Origin: Camelus dromedarius
Lineage: Eukaryota
Assembly (NCBI RefSeq): GCF_036321535.1
Contig: NC_087436.1
Location: 35,528,001 to 35,592,000 of the forward strand
Direction: 5' to 3'
DNA: 64,000 nucleotides
Shown here: positions 25,765 through 38,800 of the stretch, piece after piece
Numbering within the stretch: the first letter of the stretch is position 1
Layout: each line of letters opens with the position of its first letter
The notes under the pieces: generated by a model
The model's database searches: none
Seen by the model: only the letters and a program-made list of their open reading frames with translations
What the model was told of the DNA's origin: nothing
Position numbers and translations under genes: made by a program

Positions 25765-27315
25765 CAGAAACGTAGCTGGAAAGTCCCAAAATACTTGGAG
25801 AATAAACAACACACACCTAAATAACACATGGGTCAAAGAAGAAATCTCAAGAGAAATTGAAAAATAGTTTTAACTAAATGAAAATGAAAATACAACTTAT
25901 CGAAATTTGTAGGATGTAGTGAAAACAGTGCTTAGAGGGAACTGAAGAAAAGAAGGAAGATCTAAAATCAATAAACTAAGTTTCCACTTTGGGAAACTAA
26001 AAAAAGAAAAGCAAATTAAATTAAGCAGAAAAAATGAAACAATAAAAATTCAAGCTGAAATCAATGAAATTGAAAATAGGAAATCAATAGAAGAAATCAG
26101 TGAAACCAAAAACTGGCTCTTATAAAAATTCAGTAAAATCAATGAGCCTCTAATCAGAATAACTAAGAAAAAAGAGAGAAAATAAAAATTACCAATACCA
26201 AAATGAAAAAGGATGTGTCACTACAGATACCAAGGATATTGAAAGGATAAAGGAATACCATGAACAACTCTATGCCTACAAATCTGATAATGTAGATGGA
26301 ACACATCAATTCCTTGAAAGACATAATCTGCTGAACTCACATAAGAAGAAACAGACAAACTGAATAGGCCTGTATCCAGTAAAGAAATTGAATCAATAAT
26401 TAATAACCTTCCAAAAGAGAAAGTACCAGGCCCAAATGGTGAATTCTACCAAACAGATAAGGAAGAAATTATACCAATCCTCTACACTATCTCTTACAGG
26501 AAAAAGCAAGCAAAGGGAATACTTCCTAACTCATTTTATGAGACCAGCATTACCTTAATACCAAAAACAAAGACATTGCAAGAAAACCTCAGATCAGTAT
26601 ATCTCTTATGAACATAGATACAAAAATCTTCAACAAATACTAGCAAATTGAATCCGACAATGTATAAAAACAATTATATACTGTGACCACCTGGGATTTA
26701 TCCCAGGTATGTAAAGCTGATTCAACATTCAAAATTCAATTAATGTAATTTATCATATCAACAAGCTAAAATAGAAAAGTCACATAATCCAATCAATAGA
26801 TGGAGCATTTGACAAAACCCAACAGCCATTCATGATAAAAGCTCTCAGTAAACTTATGAATGGAAGGGAATGTCCTCAACTTGTTACAAAAAGCATCTAT
26901 AAAAAAACCTACCGCTAACATCATATTTAACAGAGAAACTAGAAGCTTCCCACTGTGATCAGGAATAAGGCAAGGATATCTGCTCTTGCTACTGCTTTCA
27001 TCATTTATACTGGAAGTTATAGCTAATGAAATAAGACAAGAGGAAATTAAAAATGTACTGATTAGGAAGAAAGAATTTAACTGTCTTTGTTCTCAGATAC
27101 ATGATTGTTCCTGTAGAAGGTCTGAAAGAATTGACAGAAAGACTCCTGGAACTAATAAGCAATTACAGAAAGTTTTCAGGACACAAGGTTAATATACTAA
27201 AGTCAGTCACTTTCTTATACCTTGGCAATGAGCAATGAAGTTTGAAAATTGCCCGCCCTCCCCCAAAATGAAATGTATAGGAATAAACCTAACAAAATAC
27301 GTACAAGATCTAAAT
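25765..27315 (+). mobile_element. Old L1 (L1M-type) ORF2 internal fragment, endonuclease-to-RT region, degenerate
   Basis: Hallmark ORF2 DNA: aaataacacatgggtcaaagaagaaatc, gaaatcaatgaaattgaaaatagg, ccaggcccaaatggtgaattctaccaaaca, gggatttatcccaggtatg, gcatttgacaaaa, ggaataaacctaacaaaa. Confidence 0.92.
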
Positions 27316-29239
27316 ACTTAAAAGTTAAAAAGCATTGTATTGTCCTATATATGGTTTTCTGCTGAGAACCTTTTTAGGTTTAAGAATCATGCAGTTGAGC
27401 ATCTTCTTCAGGGTTTTAGTCCATGTAATAAACCAATTCATTCATGTGTGCTAATAGATTCAGTACTTATAGTTTAGAAACTGTTATTCTGGGAACTGGG
27501 GATAGAAAGGCCAGTAAGAGACAGCTCTGACCTTATTTAATTAGGGTACTGAAGACAGAAAAGGAGAGTGAGGAGAAGTCAAAGAGGAAAAGAGTGTAGA
27601 GTGGCATTTCGGGTTATTTTCCCCTGGTTTGACCTACTTTATATTTTTGTTTGTCTCCTGGGGGTGGGGAATAAGAAAAGTCACCTAAACCAGTTAACAA
27701 TTATTTAGAGGTGTCCTATTTGAGGCACTGTTAGCCAGATCAAACATAAGACAGCCAAGCCCTGGAACCAACTCTCTAATGCAGTTTCTTCCCTAAGTAC
27801 CACCTGCAAAGAGAAAATGTATCTATACCACAGGATGTAGGATATCAAATCAAGGATCTCTAAGACAGGAAAAGTGCTTATCTTCCTGGTAGAAGCACAC
27901 TTTCAAAGGACTAGGCACCACTTCAAAGAGTGTTTACTCTCCTGTCTTTCGGGTGCCTTTGTCCAGTAGCCAGTGCTAACACCCCATTAGCACTTCATTA
28001 GCCGGGGCTCAAGAATGCTGGGAAAGAGCCCTGGACCTGGGAAGCATCCCTACACTGAAACTAAGAGGACGCCTCCATTTTTCTTACCACTTTCATAAAT
28101 GCGCCCATAGTCAGTCACTCTCCCCGAAAATAATATATGAGTTCAAGAGCTGGTGTCAGCTTGATAAATATAGCAAGGTAGGAAAATTTTTAATATCCAG
28201 ACACCATATATCCAAATCTTCCTTTGAAAATACACCAAAACAGGCATGAGGTCTAGGACCACCTTGGCAACATGTGAATCCAAAATCCTTAACTGAGAAC
28301 AAAACTTTGCCATCGACCTAAGACTTTTACAATAACATCTTGGCCTTTGCTGATTTCAGCCTACTAAAATTCCTGTTGCTTGTACACCATTTAATCTAAC
28401 AATTCGTAGTACATCACCTGGGAACCTGGGACATTGGAGACACTGAAATTCTCATAGAACAATTCACAACATTCTTTCTTCATGAAAAGCAAAACCATCT
28501 CCCTAAAGATGCCATTATTAGCCCACGGCATCTGCTTCCACGGTTTCCTGTAGAAGAACTGGACCTCCTCTATAAGTTTCCCCTGATGCATTTCATTGAG
28601 AACCCATCAGACTGAACAAACGCACCAGTCTAAAAGGTTAACATAAACTATATAGTTGCCAGATAACTAAGATTTTCAGAAACTTTGTGTTATTTAAATG
28701 TTAGAGGAAGGTCAAGAATCTTAACTTATTAAGGGAAAAAAAAGAGCAGGATCTCTTGATGCTGTTTTGTTCTAGAGTACAGTATAATACAGAACTCTCT
28801 TTAAGTAGCTAAAAAGAAAACTGGAAATATGTAATGAAAATGAAATGTCTAATACCCCTCTAAAGTAATGGACGTTTCTGATCAAACTGGTCAGTGTGCT
28901 TAAAATCTCATGACCTGGTTGAAAGGTCAAGTTTTCCACGGATTACAAAGCAGGGATTCCACTTGGAAATTCCAACTGATTAAGAATGAAAGGGAAAAGT
29001 CTTATCTGATATGCTATCTTGTGAGAACACACTGGTTAAAGTAAGTGTCATGTCTGTAATTCTAGGCCAGATGTGTAATTTAAGAATAGTAGTCAGGCAA
29101 TTCACTGACTACGCAAATTCTACTTTGTTGTTAAGGATAAGATGAATGATTTAAATTAAAATAATAAAGTAAAAAAAAAGTATACAATGATACAATGAAA
29201 ACTGATAGTTTCTCCCACTCCAAGTGACGCTTAGCACCA

Positions 29240-30420
29240 TCAACAATTTCTTCATCAAATGTTCCATCATAAATCTATGCACACTTTTACTCAAATGGAC
29301 ACATTATACACATTGTTCTGAATCTTCCTTTTTTAATACTATATTTGAAGATCTTTCCATGGCCACATAAACATAGCTATACATTTCCCTTTTAATGGCT
29401 ATGTAATATTCCACTGTCATTTAACTTTACATTGGGTCATTTCTAGCGTACTAAGCTAGGTGTGATATCTCCTTTTTTCAGGATTTTGTTTCAAAGGGTG
29501 GTAGTTTTGTAAAAATAAAACGGAAGCATTTTTCTACTCAGCTCCAAACAGTGTAAGGGAGCTTTCATATGTTTTCACAAGGTTGCAAAGATTTCACATT
29601 TAAAATACTATGAGCCTTGACCTTTTTTAAAAAGGATAGCACTTTCATAAATATTTTTTTCATTTTCTTCCTTGTAATTGTTTTGCTTGAGTTTGCCCTT
29701 TCATCTGGTATCAAATTTGGTCATATGTACTTTTAAAATCATCCATGTATCCAAGTTTTCAAATGTATTTAAAAAAAAAAAAAAAAAAAAAGCCTGAGTC
29801 ATTTCTAACAATTTCCTCTGCATCTGGTTATTTTTCCTTTGGTTTCTAATTTTGTGTGTTTGCAAGATCTCCTTTTTCTTTTTAATTAGGTTACTAGTGA
29901 TTTTTTTTTTTTCTGTGTTACTGGGATTCATTTACATATTAGTTACATATTCTAATTTATTAATTGTTGCTATTATTTTAATCAAATCTTTACTTCTGCT
30001 TTTGTAAGATGGTTTTGCTGGTCTTTTCCTAACTTATTCTGTTAAAAGATTTTTTCTTCATTTGTGCTCAAGGCCGTGAATTTTCTCCTGAGCATGGCTT
30101 CAGCTTAATAACCCAAGTTCTCTCGTGTAGTGTTTTCATTATTGTTATTTTCTGCACGCTCTGTGACTTCAGTTCTGATTTTTCTCTTTGACCTAAAAAT
30201 TGAGAGTTATTTTGTTGTTAGTGTTACTTTTAATTCTAGATGAGTGGGATTTTGTTATTTTATTTTTGTAATAAATTTCTAGTTTCAGTGAACTATGATA
30301 TTTCTATATTATGCACTCTTTTTACTTTATAGCATTTATTGAGGCTTTATTTGTGCCCAGATATATGTTTGTCTATTTGATTTTAATATCCAAGAGCATT
30401 AGAAATAAGACTATCTTCAG
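29240..30420 (-). mobile_element. Old L1 (L1ME-like) fragments
   Basis: T-rich reverse-L1 text: tatgagccttgacctttt, ctggtatcaaatttggtcat, ctcaaggccgtgaattttctcctgagcatggcttcagct. Confidence 0.6.
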
Positions 30421-30438
30421 TGATTTCAGATTAAGGAA

Positions 30439-30440
<2 letters not shown>

Positions 30441-30494
<54 letters not shown>
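30441..30494. repeat. (TG)27 microsatellite
   Basis: Uninterrupted TG dinucleotide run of 54 nt. Confidence 0.98.
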
Positions 30495-30498
<4 letters not shown>

Positions 30499-31239
30499 AC
30501 TAAATATATATAGTTTAGTTTTCACTATCATGTACATTTTCAAAGAAAGACACATAAGTATTCTGTTCCTTGCATTCATTCATCTCTGAGATGATCTGTC
30601 TGTGTCCTGTATACTCAGACAGCTTGGCTTGGTCCAAAATTCTCAAATTCTCTGAGAATAGTTTCTTTTCCTCAGAACTTTTTCTTCTTCGATTCACTGT
30701 TTTTCTTCTGTGACCTCTCATTTCACCAAAGTAATATTGTTTTTAGTCTGATAATGTGGAGAACTGTATGTTTGAAATGGTTTTTCTGCTTGTGGGCATA
30801 ATCCTTATTCCGATGTGAATTAATCATCTACCTTAAAGGATAACAGTAATCACAGTATTAACTTGTTGAGCACTTTCTGCATGCCATGTTACATAAATTA
30901 GCTCCTATCGCTTTTTTTTTTTTTGTCTTGAATATCTGTGCCTAGATCTCATGCTCATTCTTTTCAGAAAATGGTATCTCCAAATGACAAATGATAGTTT
31001 TTTCAGGACCAGCTAAGACTGACCAGTGTGGGAGAAGAGAAGCCAGGGAGGAAAACTGGGACTACAAGTGTCTTGAATTCAAATGTATTATCTCAAAGTA
31101 CTTTCTCATTAATTCTGAAGCTTTGCTGTGTCTCCGTTTACTGCTCCCTGTTTTCATGTTGCTAAACCTCCATTTCTTCTGTCCCCATCCCTCAACACAG
31201 AGGGAGGACATCTTGCTGGGACAATGCAAAGCATCTGTG

Positions 31240-32107
31240 GATACTTAACTGACCCTAAAAATGATGTACGCATGTGTATGTACACACACATTTCTACATA
31301 CTTGCATTTTATATACACGTACAGAAGCTTATTTTAAGTTTTACTATATAAAGGATTATAGCACACAATTTATAAAATAATAATAGTAAAATTATTGTAA
31401 AGTGCAGGTAGCCAATTCTCCCAGAATGCTCTCATTGAGTTTTTGCCAAACTTGTACCCAACCTGTGGTGGTGACAACAGACAAGTGTGGTTCAGCATGA
31501 ATGCTGGATGCTTTTTTCGTTTGTTGCATCAGATGAAAGTGAAACGGCAAAGACTCACATCTGGGAACGTCACCCTTTTGCCAGTGACTTGAGCAACTTA
31601 TTTGCTGAACCAGATAATAGATTCATACACTAGGAGAATACTTGCTCAATTTTTTGTGCTACAGACATGACACTGTTAATTTGAATCAGCATGATTAACA
31701 TGTTTCCATCATTTTAAGTCTAAATAATAAACAAACCCATAGATCAAGGGCTGATTTGTAGCATTTGCAGGTTTTTATGGTATAAACACTCTCACCATGG
31801 CTGATTTCAAACTACTAACATGATCTCTCTGACTACAGGGTTGGGAGAAAAAGCACAGTAGGGCACTTCTATATAATATTCTCACCAGTCAGATCCAATC
31901 GATGTGAATAACCAGAAGAACATAGATAATAGGAAACATAGTAGGTTCCTTGATGACTTTTGAGTACTCATTACCTTTTTAATATAATTTATTATACCTT
32001 TATAATTTAATTTTAAATAATGACTATGTTTAACAATCGACTTGCAAAATTTCAAAAATTTACTAATTGGCTCTAGAGAGCAAACACGAGCTGGCTCCAG
32101 CAGACTG
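31240..32107 (-). mobile_element. MER63-like hAT-Blackjack DNA transposon relic
   Basis: Reverse complement follows the recalled MER63 consensus: tgctggagccagctcgt...gagccaattagtaaattttt...gttaaacatagtcattatttaaaattaaattat...gtagtttgaaatcagccatggtgagagtgtttatacca...aaatgctacaaatcagccct. Left boundary approximate. Confidence 0.8.
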
Positions 32108-34679
32108 TAGAAGCCTTCGGCTGCCTGTGATTTCCTAAAAACCCTGTTGGCCTTCTAACATCTTCCCTCTTCCTAGTGGTCAGCCTGCTTGTGATAAAAT
32201 GGTGTGTCTGATAATTCTGTTTATATCCTGACCCTGCTCCTCTTCGACGTGTAAATCTGAATTCAATGACCTGCCTGCAGCCAATACAAACCCCAGATTC
32301 TGTCAGTCCAGGGATAAATCCTTGGGTGGCCCTTTCAGGACTGGGCACCCAACTTGTAAAGCGCCGTCCTTACTGCCGGAGACCAGAGACGTACGTACCC
32401 TCAGACTGGAGTTATCTTGGTCTGGTCCTGATTTCACTGTTTTTGGCGTCTGTACTTTGTTGTCTGGTTTGCGTGGTTTCCCTGTGCCTAGTTTCGCTGA
32501 ACATAGCCTTTCTTTCTTGTTTTGCCCCATTGTTTTTTTATTATTTCAAGGAATAAACTGGGATACAAACACATTTCCTCTGCCATCTCTAGTCAAAAAT
32601 CTGTATTTGGTCTTAAATTTAAACATCTTTCACTTGACAAAGCCAAGTTCCTCTTGGCAAGCAATGCTCTTGAGATACATAATCTAAAAGAGACCATAAG
32701 AATATCAAGTGTGGCAGTACCGAAATAAATGCCCCTCACACAATACAGTGCTGACTATAGAGACAACGATCACCATCGTGAGGAAAAAATCTATATGTTG
32801 GAGGACACTGGGCGATTGTATACAAATGTTTAAAGAACCAGAGCTTTTTTTAACTCTCAGCTGAAATGCATTACGCACATTGTTTAACGAGAAGAAAGGA
32901 GGAACTATCTACATATGTTTCCCATATAAATGGAAAAGACAATTTTTAAGGAGGGAAAACAAGGACATTGACTCACAATCCAAGTCATTCCAAAGTGGTG
33001 GATTCTGTGGTATTTATCCTCTGTGTGCGGAACATTTACAATTGGGAAAAAAAAAAAAAAAAAAAAAAAAGATAGCCCATACTATTCCCACAAAGGCTTC
33101 TATTTGCTGAAAGGAAACTTGTCATTTGACCATGGGGCACTAAAGGAACACACAGGCATGTGATTAACATCCTCAGTGTTGTTTTTTAAAATACAGATTA
33201 GTTTCAGAACACATTGAGATATGTCCTAAAATTTAACATGGAAATACTTGAACATAGGCCCATCTGGGCGTGTATTTTTTCCGTCAAAATTTGCCTCCAA
33301 ATGAGAGAAAACAGACAATATGGCCTAGCAAAAGATAGATAGAAACATTTTCTGGGATGGACATGAAAAGATGTGTGAGACCGCACCGACTCATTCAGTG
33401 TGAACCTACTTATCGGGCCAAAAGCCGGCTATCTTCCCATAGGAAGTTGTAGGAGGGAGACACTGGCCAATCTTATCTTCTGAGGGAGACAGATGGTCCC
33501 TAGAGGAACGATGACTCCATCAAGTTTTCACTGAAGAGTTTCCAGATAAATACTGTCTTCCCACAAATAATTTGCTCTCGAAAGGCAGCCCCTAGACATG
33601 AGAAGCAGCAGGAAGGGCTAAGGGCTGTGGAATTTTCTGAACATGAACAGTAAAGAATGTAATTCTTTGTAATTGAAAAATAAGATCACTCGGAAAAAAT
33701 ACATGTCGAGAATCAGGACTATTGCACAAGGAGGCACATTTTCGGAGCCTCAGGGGGAAAAGAAAGCATTCTCAAGATTAATCTTTACATCTGTTTCCAG
33801 GGGCATCATTCAAAAGTTGACACTTTTGTACAAAGAAGACCCTAGTGCTGACTGTGACAAGCCGGCGGCATTGCCAGCCAAGGACTAGCAACTCAGAAAC
33901 CACCTCAATGAACCCCTGCAACCTCTTGTTGCCCCAAAATTTGGAGGCTTAAAGAGAGAAAATAAAAGCAATATAGAGCATGAGAAGAAAGTAGCCTAAT
34001 ATATAAAATAAAAGACAAGAGCAGACTGGATTATGCCAGCGAGCCATCTGCACAGCTTAGGGCTTCTTCAGGCAAAAAAAAAAAAAAAAAGCTCAGTGTT
34101 CCTGAGTCAATTGCTTCCTATTCACAGACTCCCTGCATAGGGTGAAATCCAAAATGGCTCTTGGGAAATTCTTGCCAATCCTGTGGTCTGATTTTAGGCT
34201 CTATTTTTCCCTTTCTTTTTAAGACCCAAGGATGTAAGTATGTATCAGTGCTGTAACCTTGCCAGCATTCACTGGAATGAGTCAAAGGGACCTGGCATTA
34301 AATCACAGGGATTTGAGCTGCTAATAAATACAGCAGGCCCCATCCATTGTTGATTAATTCTGACTGAAATCTAAACACCAAACAACAAACACTCTTCTGA
34401 ACTGCTCTGGTACCCATTAGTTTGATGTGTTTATTAGACAGGGCTGTGTTCTTTCAAGTATATTAACAACAGATTAAAAAAACTGCAAACAAATCTAGGT
34501 TTCCTTTTATGATTTAAAAGTGCGGGTACCATTTACTAATGTTTTTAGGGTTTGACAGTAAATCCAAACACAACTAAAACATGCCATCATGTCAAATTAA
34601 GATCTTGGTACAAAGTATGAATAGTTACTGTCAATGTGCAGCTCTCATTATTCAAACAAACGGTCAAAATTCCTACTTA

Positions 34680-34767
34680 TTTTTTTTTGTAATGGAAGTA
34701 CTGGGGATTGAACCCAGGACCTTGTGACTACTAAGCATGCGCTCTACCACTGAGATATACCCCCTCC
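34680..34767 (-). mobile_element. tRNA-derived SINE, Vic-1-like short form
   Basis: Reverse complement ggagggggtatatctcagtggtagagcgcatgcttagtagtcacaaggtcctgggttcaatccccagtacttccattacaaaaaaaaa has A- and B-box-like motifs and an A tail; flanked by repeated ctactta. Confidence 0.88.
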
Positions 34768-37759
34768 TGCTACTTAACTTTTTAACATTTAGAATGGACA
34801 TTTTTTAAAAATCCAGTCTTGAACAGGAATTTAAATATCATTAGGATGAGATGTAAAATCTTTGCAAGTTATGTGATTTATTGCATGGTTTTAAAGATTA
34901 TAGAGTTTAATAAGATATTTTCATGGTATTTGATTATATTTATCATGTAGCAGAGTTCCTGTAGGTTAATTCTGAATTGGGTCAAGTGACACATGGTCAT
35001 AAATATGCCATATATTATTTATTAGTAGTCCTTGAAAGTAAAGAAAATACAAGCAAATGTAAGTGTGCAATGACAAGCAATGGTACCCCAGTATCAAGGA
35101 TTCGAGAGGCCAAAGATCATCAGTACAAATTTTCAAACTTTTCGAATTTATTAACTCTCTTAATGCCTAGTTGAATCCTTGAAAATTTCCAAGGTATGTA
35201 TCTTCAACAACCTGGTAGAAGACACACAAATTCCTGAGAGTCTCAAAAAGGTCCAGTAAGCAATTTGAGGTTCATCAGTGGAAGCAAAGAGAACAGAGAC
35301 ACACATGCCGTATTTATAGCCCCAGGAAAATTACCATAAAGGATATTCACCTTAATTCAGCTGTCTAAAGACTATAAATAGATTTGACCGGCTTAAAGAC
35401 CATATATTTATATTCTGTTAATAGTTTTTGCAAACCGTGTAATTTTACATGACTCTTTAAATAAAATGTGAAAGGGAATAATTTTCCAGTTTTAGTTAAA
35501 CAGAAAACTTCTCGCCAAATCTAGACCCTTGGGAGAATCATCGAGTCCTAAGGTCGTGTGAGGCAACATCTTGATTTGAGAAGCCTTCCCTAAGTGCATC
35601 TTCTATTGCATTCACAAAATATTCCAACCCAAATCTGTCACTGCAATATCAGGATTTTCCCCAGAGCTTCCCAGACCACCAGAACCCAGCTCAGCAACTC
35701 CAAAATTAAATCATTACCTCCTTTAATCCTTAATCATGTCCTTTTAATTTTTACAGCATGTAAACTACCAAGCTTTTATTCTCTGCTGTTTTCATGAATG
35801 CATAAAAGCCACGGTAGTGAAGATCCGAAGACAAGTAGAACATTATAAAACTGTTTGGTCTTTTGAACCCAAAGGTTATCGTTATTATGGTGGTATTGGT
35901 GGTGATTATGATTATGAGAGCTAAGAGTGATGCTTTACTTTATGACATCTATAAACAAATCCTTTTTACTGAAAGAAAGCATTATAAACATTGCAAAGAC
36001 CATACGGTATGAAAAATACAGCATTGTGCCCCAAATGGTAAAGATACAGGAACCTCATTTAAAAAAAAGTAATCATTGCTGTATTACATCTATATATACC
36101 CCCATTAAAACTGATGGATTGCTAACTGAATGAGCAGAGAGAAGATAAGAAGGGAGAAGGGGAGAACAAAAGAGGGGATGGGAGGGACGAAGTGGGGACA
36201 GGAACATAGGAAAGGAAAGAATGCACTAAATCTCATTACAGCGATAAAAATCAAGTAAGATTTTCAATCAGTGATAGTTAATCAAGAAAATTGAAAGTGT
36301 AAAAGGATAAATAACACTGATTACCCACAGTGAATAACTAAATATTCCACTTCCATCAATTAGAAACTTAGTACTTTATAAGAGGAAACACTGTCAATTT
36401 TTTGAAAAATAGGCTGATATAATTAGTGTCCTGTTATCTTTCAAGATAGATGTAGAAAATGGGGACTTTTAGGGGAAATTTATCTGGTTTTCTTTGATCC
36501 TATTTGAAACAATATTCCTCTATCAGAAAACTAAAGGGTATTTTGGGTTGGCATCCTATGTACTTAATGTAGCCCCATGCAGATTTTCCAGACTTACTTC
36601 CTATGATGTCCTGATTTCTCATTCCTGTCGTTTTGGCCCAGTCCTTTGTTTTATAGAGACTGCTCTTCCCCTCTGTATGCATCTGTCAACGTTAGACCCA
36701 TTCTCCAAAGTTTACCTCAAAGGCACCAGGATTAATGAAAAGAATGTCAGCTGTGAGACAGATGACCTGACCCAGAAGCAAATGTAGCAAAAGAAAGAAT
36801 GAGCAATAATTACAGGAATCAGAATATCTTAAAATTGTATATGCAGCTTCCTCTTGAAATTACACCAAGAGCAGGATTTTTATAGATCCCAGGTCTTCCC
36901 ACTGAAAAGGAATCTTCTAGATCCATTAACTCTTTGTTGATGACTGACCACCTGCAGAGTACGCGTGCTCCTAGCCTCGCGAGGTGTTGCTATGAACTGC
37001 CACCCTTTCCTGTTTCCCAGGTTTGTCTAAACTACCATTTTGAATCTCTGCATTGACACTTAACACATTCTGCCTTTTTGTTGTGTTGTTTGGGGTTTTT
37101 TTTTTTTTTTTTTTTTTTTGTCATTGTAGCTGTTTATTTTTAGTACTCCACTTTATTTTAAAAAGTCCTCCAAAACAAGGAATTTGTCTTCAGAGCCCCC
37201 AAGTGTCCAGTATCTGGCACACAGTGAATGCTCAGTGATTATCAGTGATTACTAGTTGAATTAAGTTAAAACACAAAACCGATTTTTCAGAGAATGAGAT
37301 CCAAAATACAATATACACTTTAGCACCACTAGGAGATAACTAAAGCCCAAATCACAAAATATGTGAAAGGATTCCCAAAAGCAGTGGAGGTGAAGCAAGG
37401 GAGGCTGAGGGGACCGGGGATGTGCTGAGAGGACGCTAGGGTTGCAGAAAGAGCCCGCCAAGTCTTCTTCTCAGCTGTGAGGGGCACACTCATCAGTGCA
37501 AAACCTGGATTCTCTTCTTTTGCAAGAGCTGGAAGAGTGTGTTCTGTCTGGTCTCAGGAATTTCCCTGTGCCTGGTTTCATTCCAAGAAGCAAAGAAGAC
37601 CGGAGTTAATGAGAAGCCACACACGCAAGCCATGTTTGCAGGGAGCAAGAGAGAGAGAATGACAACGTTGCGCTGTAAAGCAACAAACATATACACACAA
37701 AGGACCTTCCCAAAGAGCTGCCCAGCTCTCTAAGAAAAGTAAGGGCTAACCAAAGTTAT

Positions 37760-38800
37760 GTACAGGAGCCTGAGTTATAATACAGTTGTCCCTGAAACCA
37801 GCCCTGACCACTCCCCGAGGGGCCCCAGGAAAATTCACCTCATTCAAAGGCAGGTTACCAAAAAAGTACATTCACAATATTGATATGGACTCAAACATAC
37901 TTCACAGAAAAGGAGTAAAGGAGCAAGGAATATAAATGATAGACATAGGCTAGTCTCCAGAAAAATCTACCACTGAGGAGATGAATAGCATGACTACACA
38001 TTTTCACCATTAATTTGAAAAGTTCAAGGAAGTAAGAACTTCTGTGATGCTAACACACAAAGTGGTAGATACAAGATACAGAAACTCCAAAAAGCAGTGA
38101 AATTGCTAAAGGAAATGAAACATGAGCTTACTGCTCAAGTAAGGAATAGAGGAAAAAATAAGATGATCCCAGAAACGAACATGAAATTAGAAGTGTACAA
38201 GAGAAAATAGGTATTGCTGAAGTGCACTAAGGACATGGAGGATAAAAAGAGGAAATCAACCCCCCCCCCCAAAATGGAAATAGATAAAAAGGATTAGGAA
38301 AAAATGATAGATAAAGTAGTGAGATGAAATTTTTCATAACCCAACGAAGAAAACTAAAATAATGGAAGCACAAATATACTTAAATATAATTCAAGAAACC
38401 TTTACAAAATAAAAGAGAATTTGAATTTATATGCTAAAGAGCACAGTGTGCCCAAGAAAGGTACTTGTCCATTTAATAAAATAGCTACTAGTCAAATTTA
38501 AAGAAAAAAATCAAGTAGGCATTAGGAAGCCAGGCAAAACTACCAAGGGACCTGTAAAGGAGAGAATGTCAATCTGGTGTATTTCTCAAAAGCAAGATGG
38601 AGCTAAAAGATATTGACACCCATTTACAGTAGAAGATGATGTAAATGTAGCTACAGCACATCTAGAGAATAAGGTAGCTACATCCAGAAAATCCTCAAGG
38701 AAAGAAAGTGACCCTATGATTTTTCACCCAAGCTGTCATTTGATAAAAACAACAGACAATTTTGCACATACAAAAAAAGCCAAGGAATATTCCTCAGGAA
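37760..38800 (+). mobile_element. Ancient HAL1/L1 ORF1-region remnant
   Basis: A-rich, ORF1-like degenerate text (aaatataattcaagaaacctttacaaaataaaagagaatttgaattt; aaaatcctcaaggaaagaaagtgaccctatgatttt). Confidence 0.5.

Noticed and set aside
28391..28591. 66-aa minus ORF with an acceptor-like ttcttctacag
   Set aside because: The donor (cag|gtgatg) is weak and the peptide is unrecognisable.
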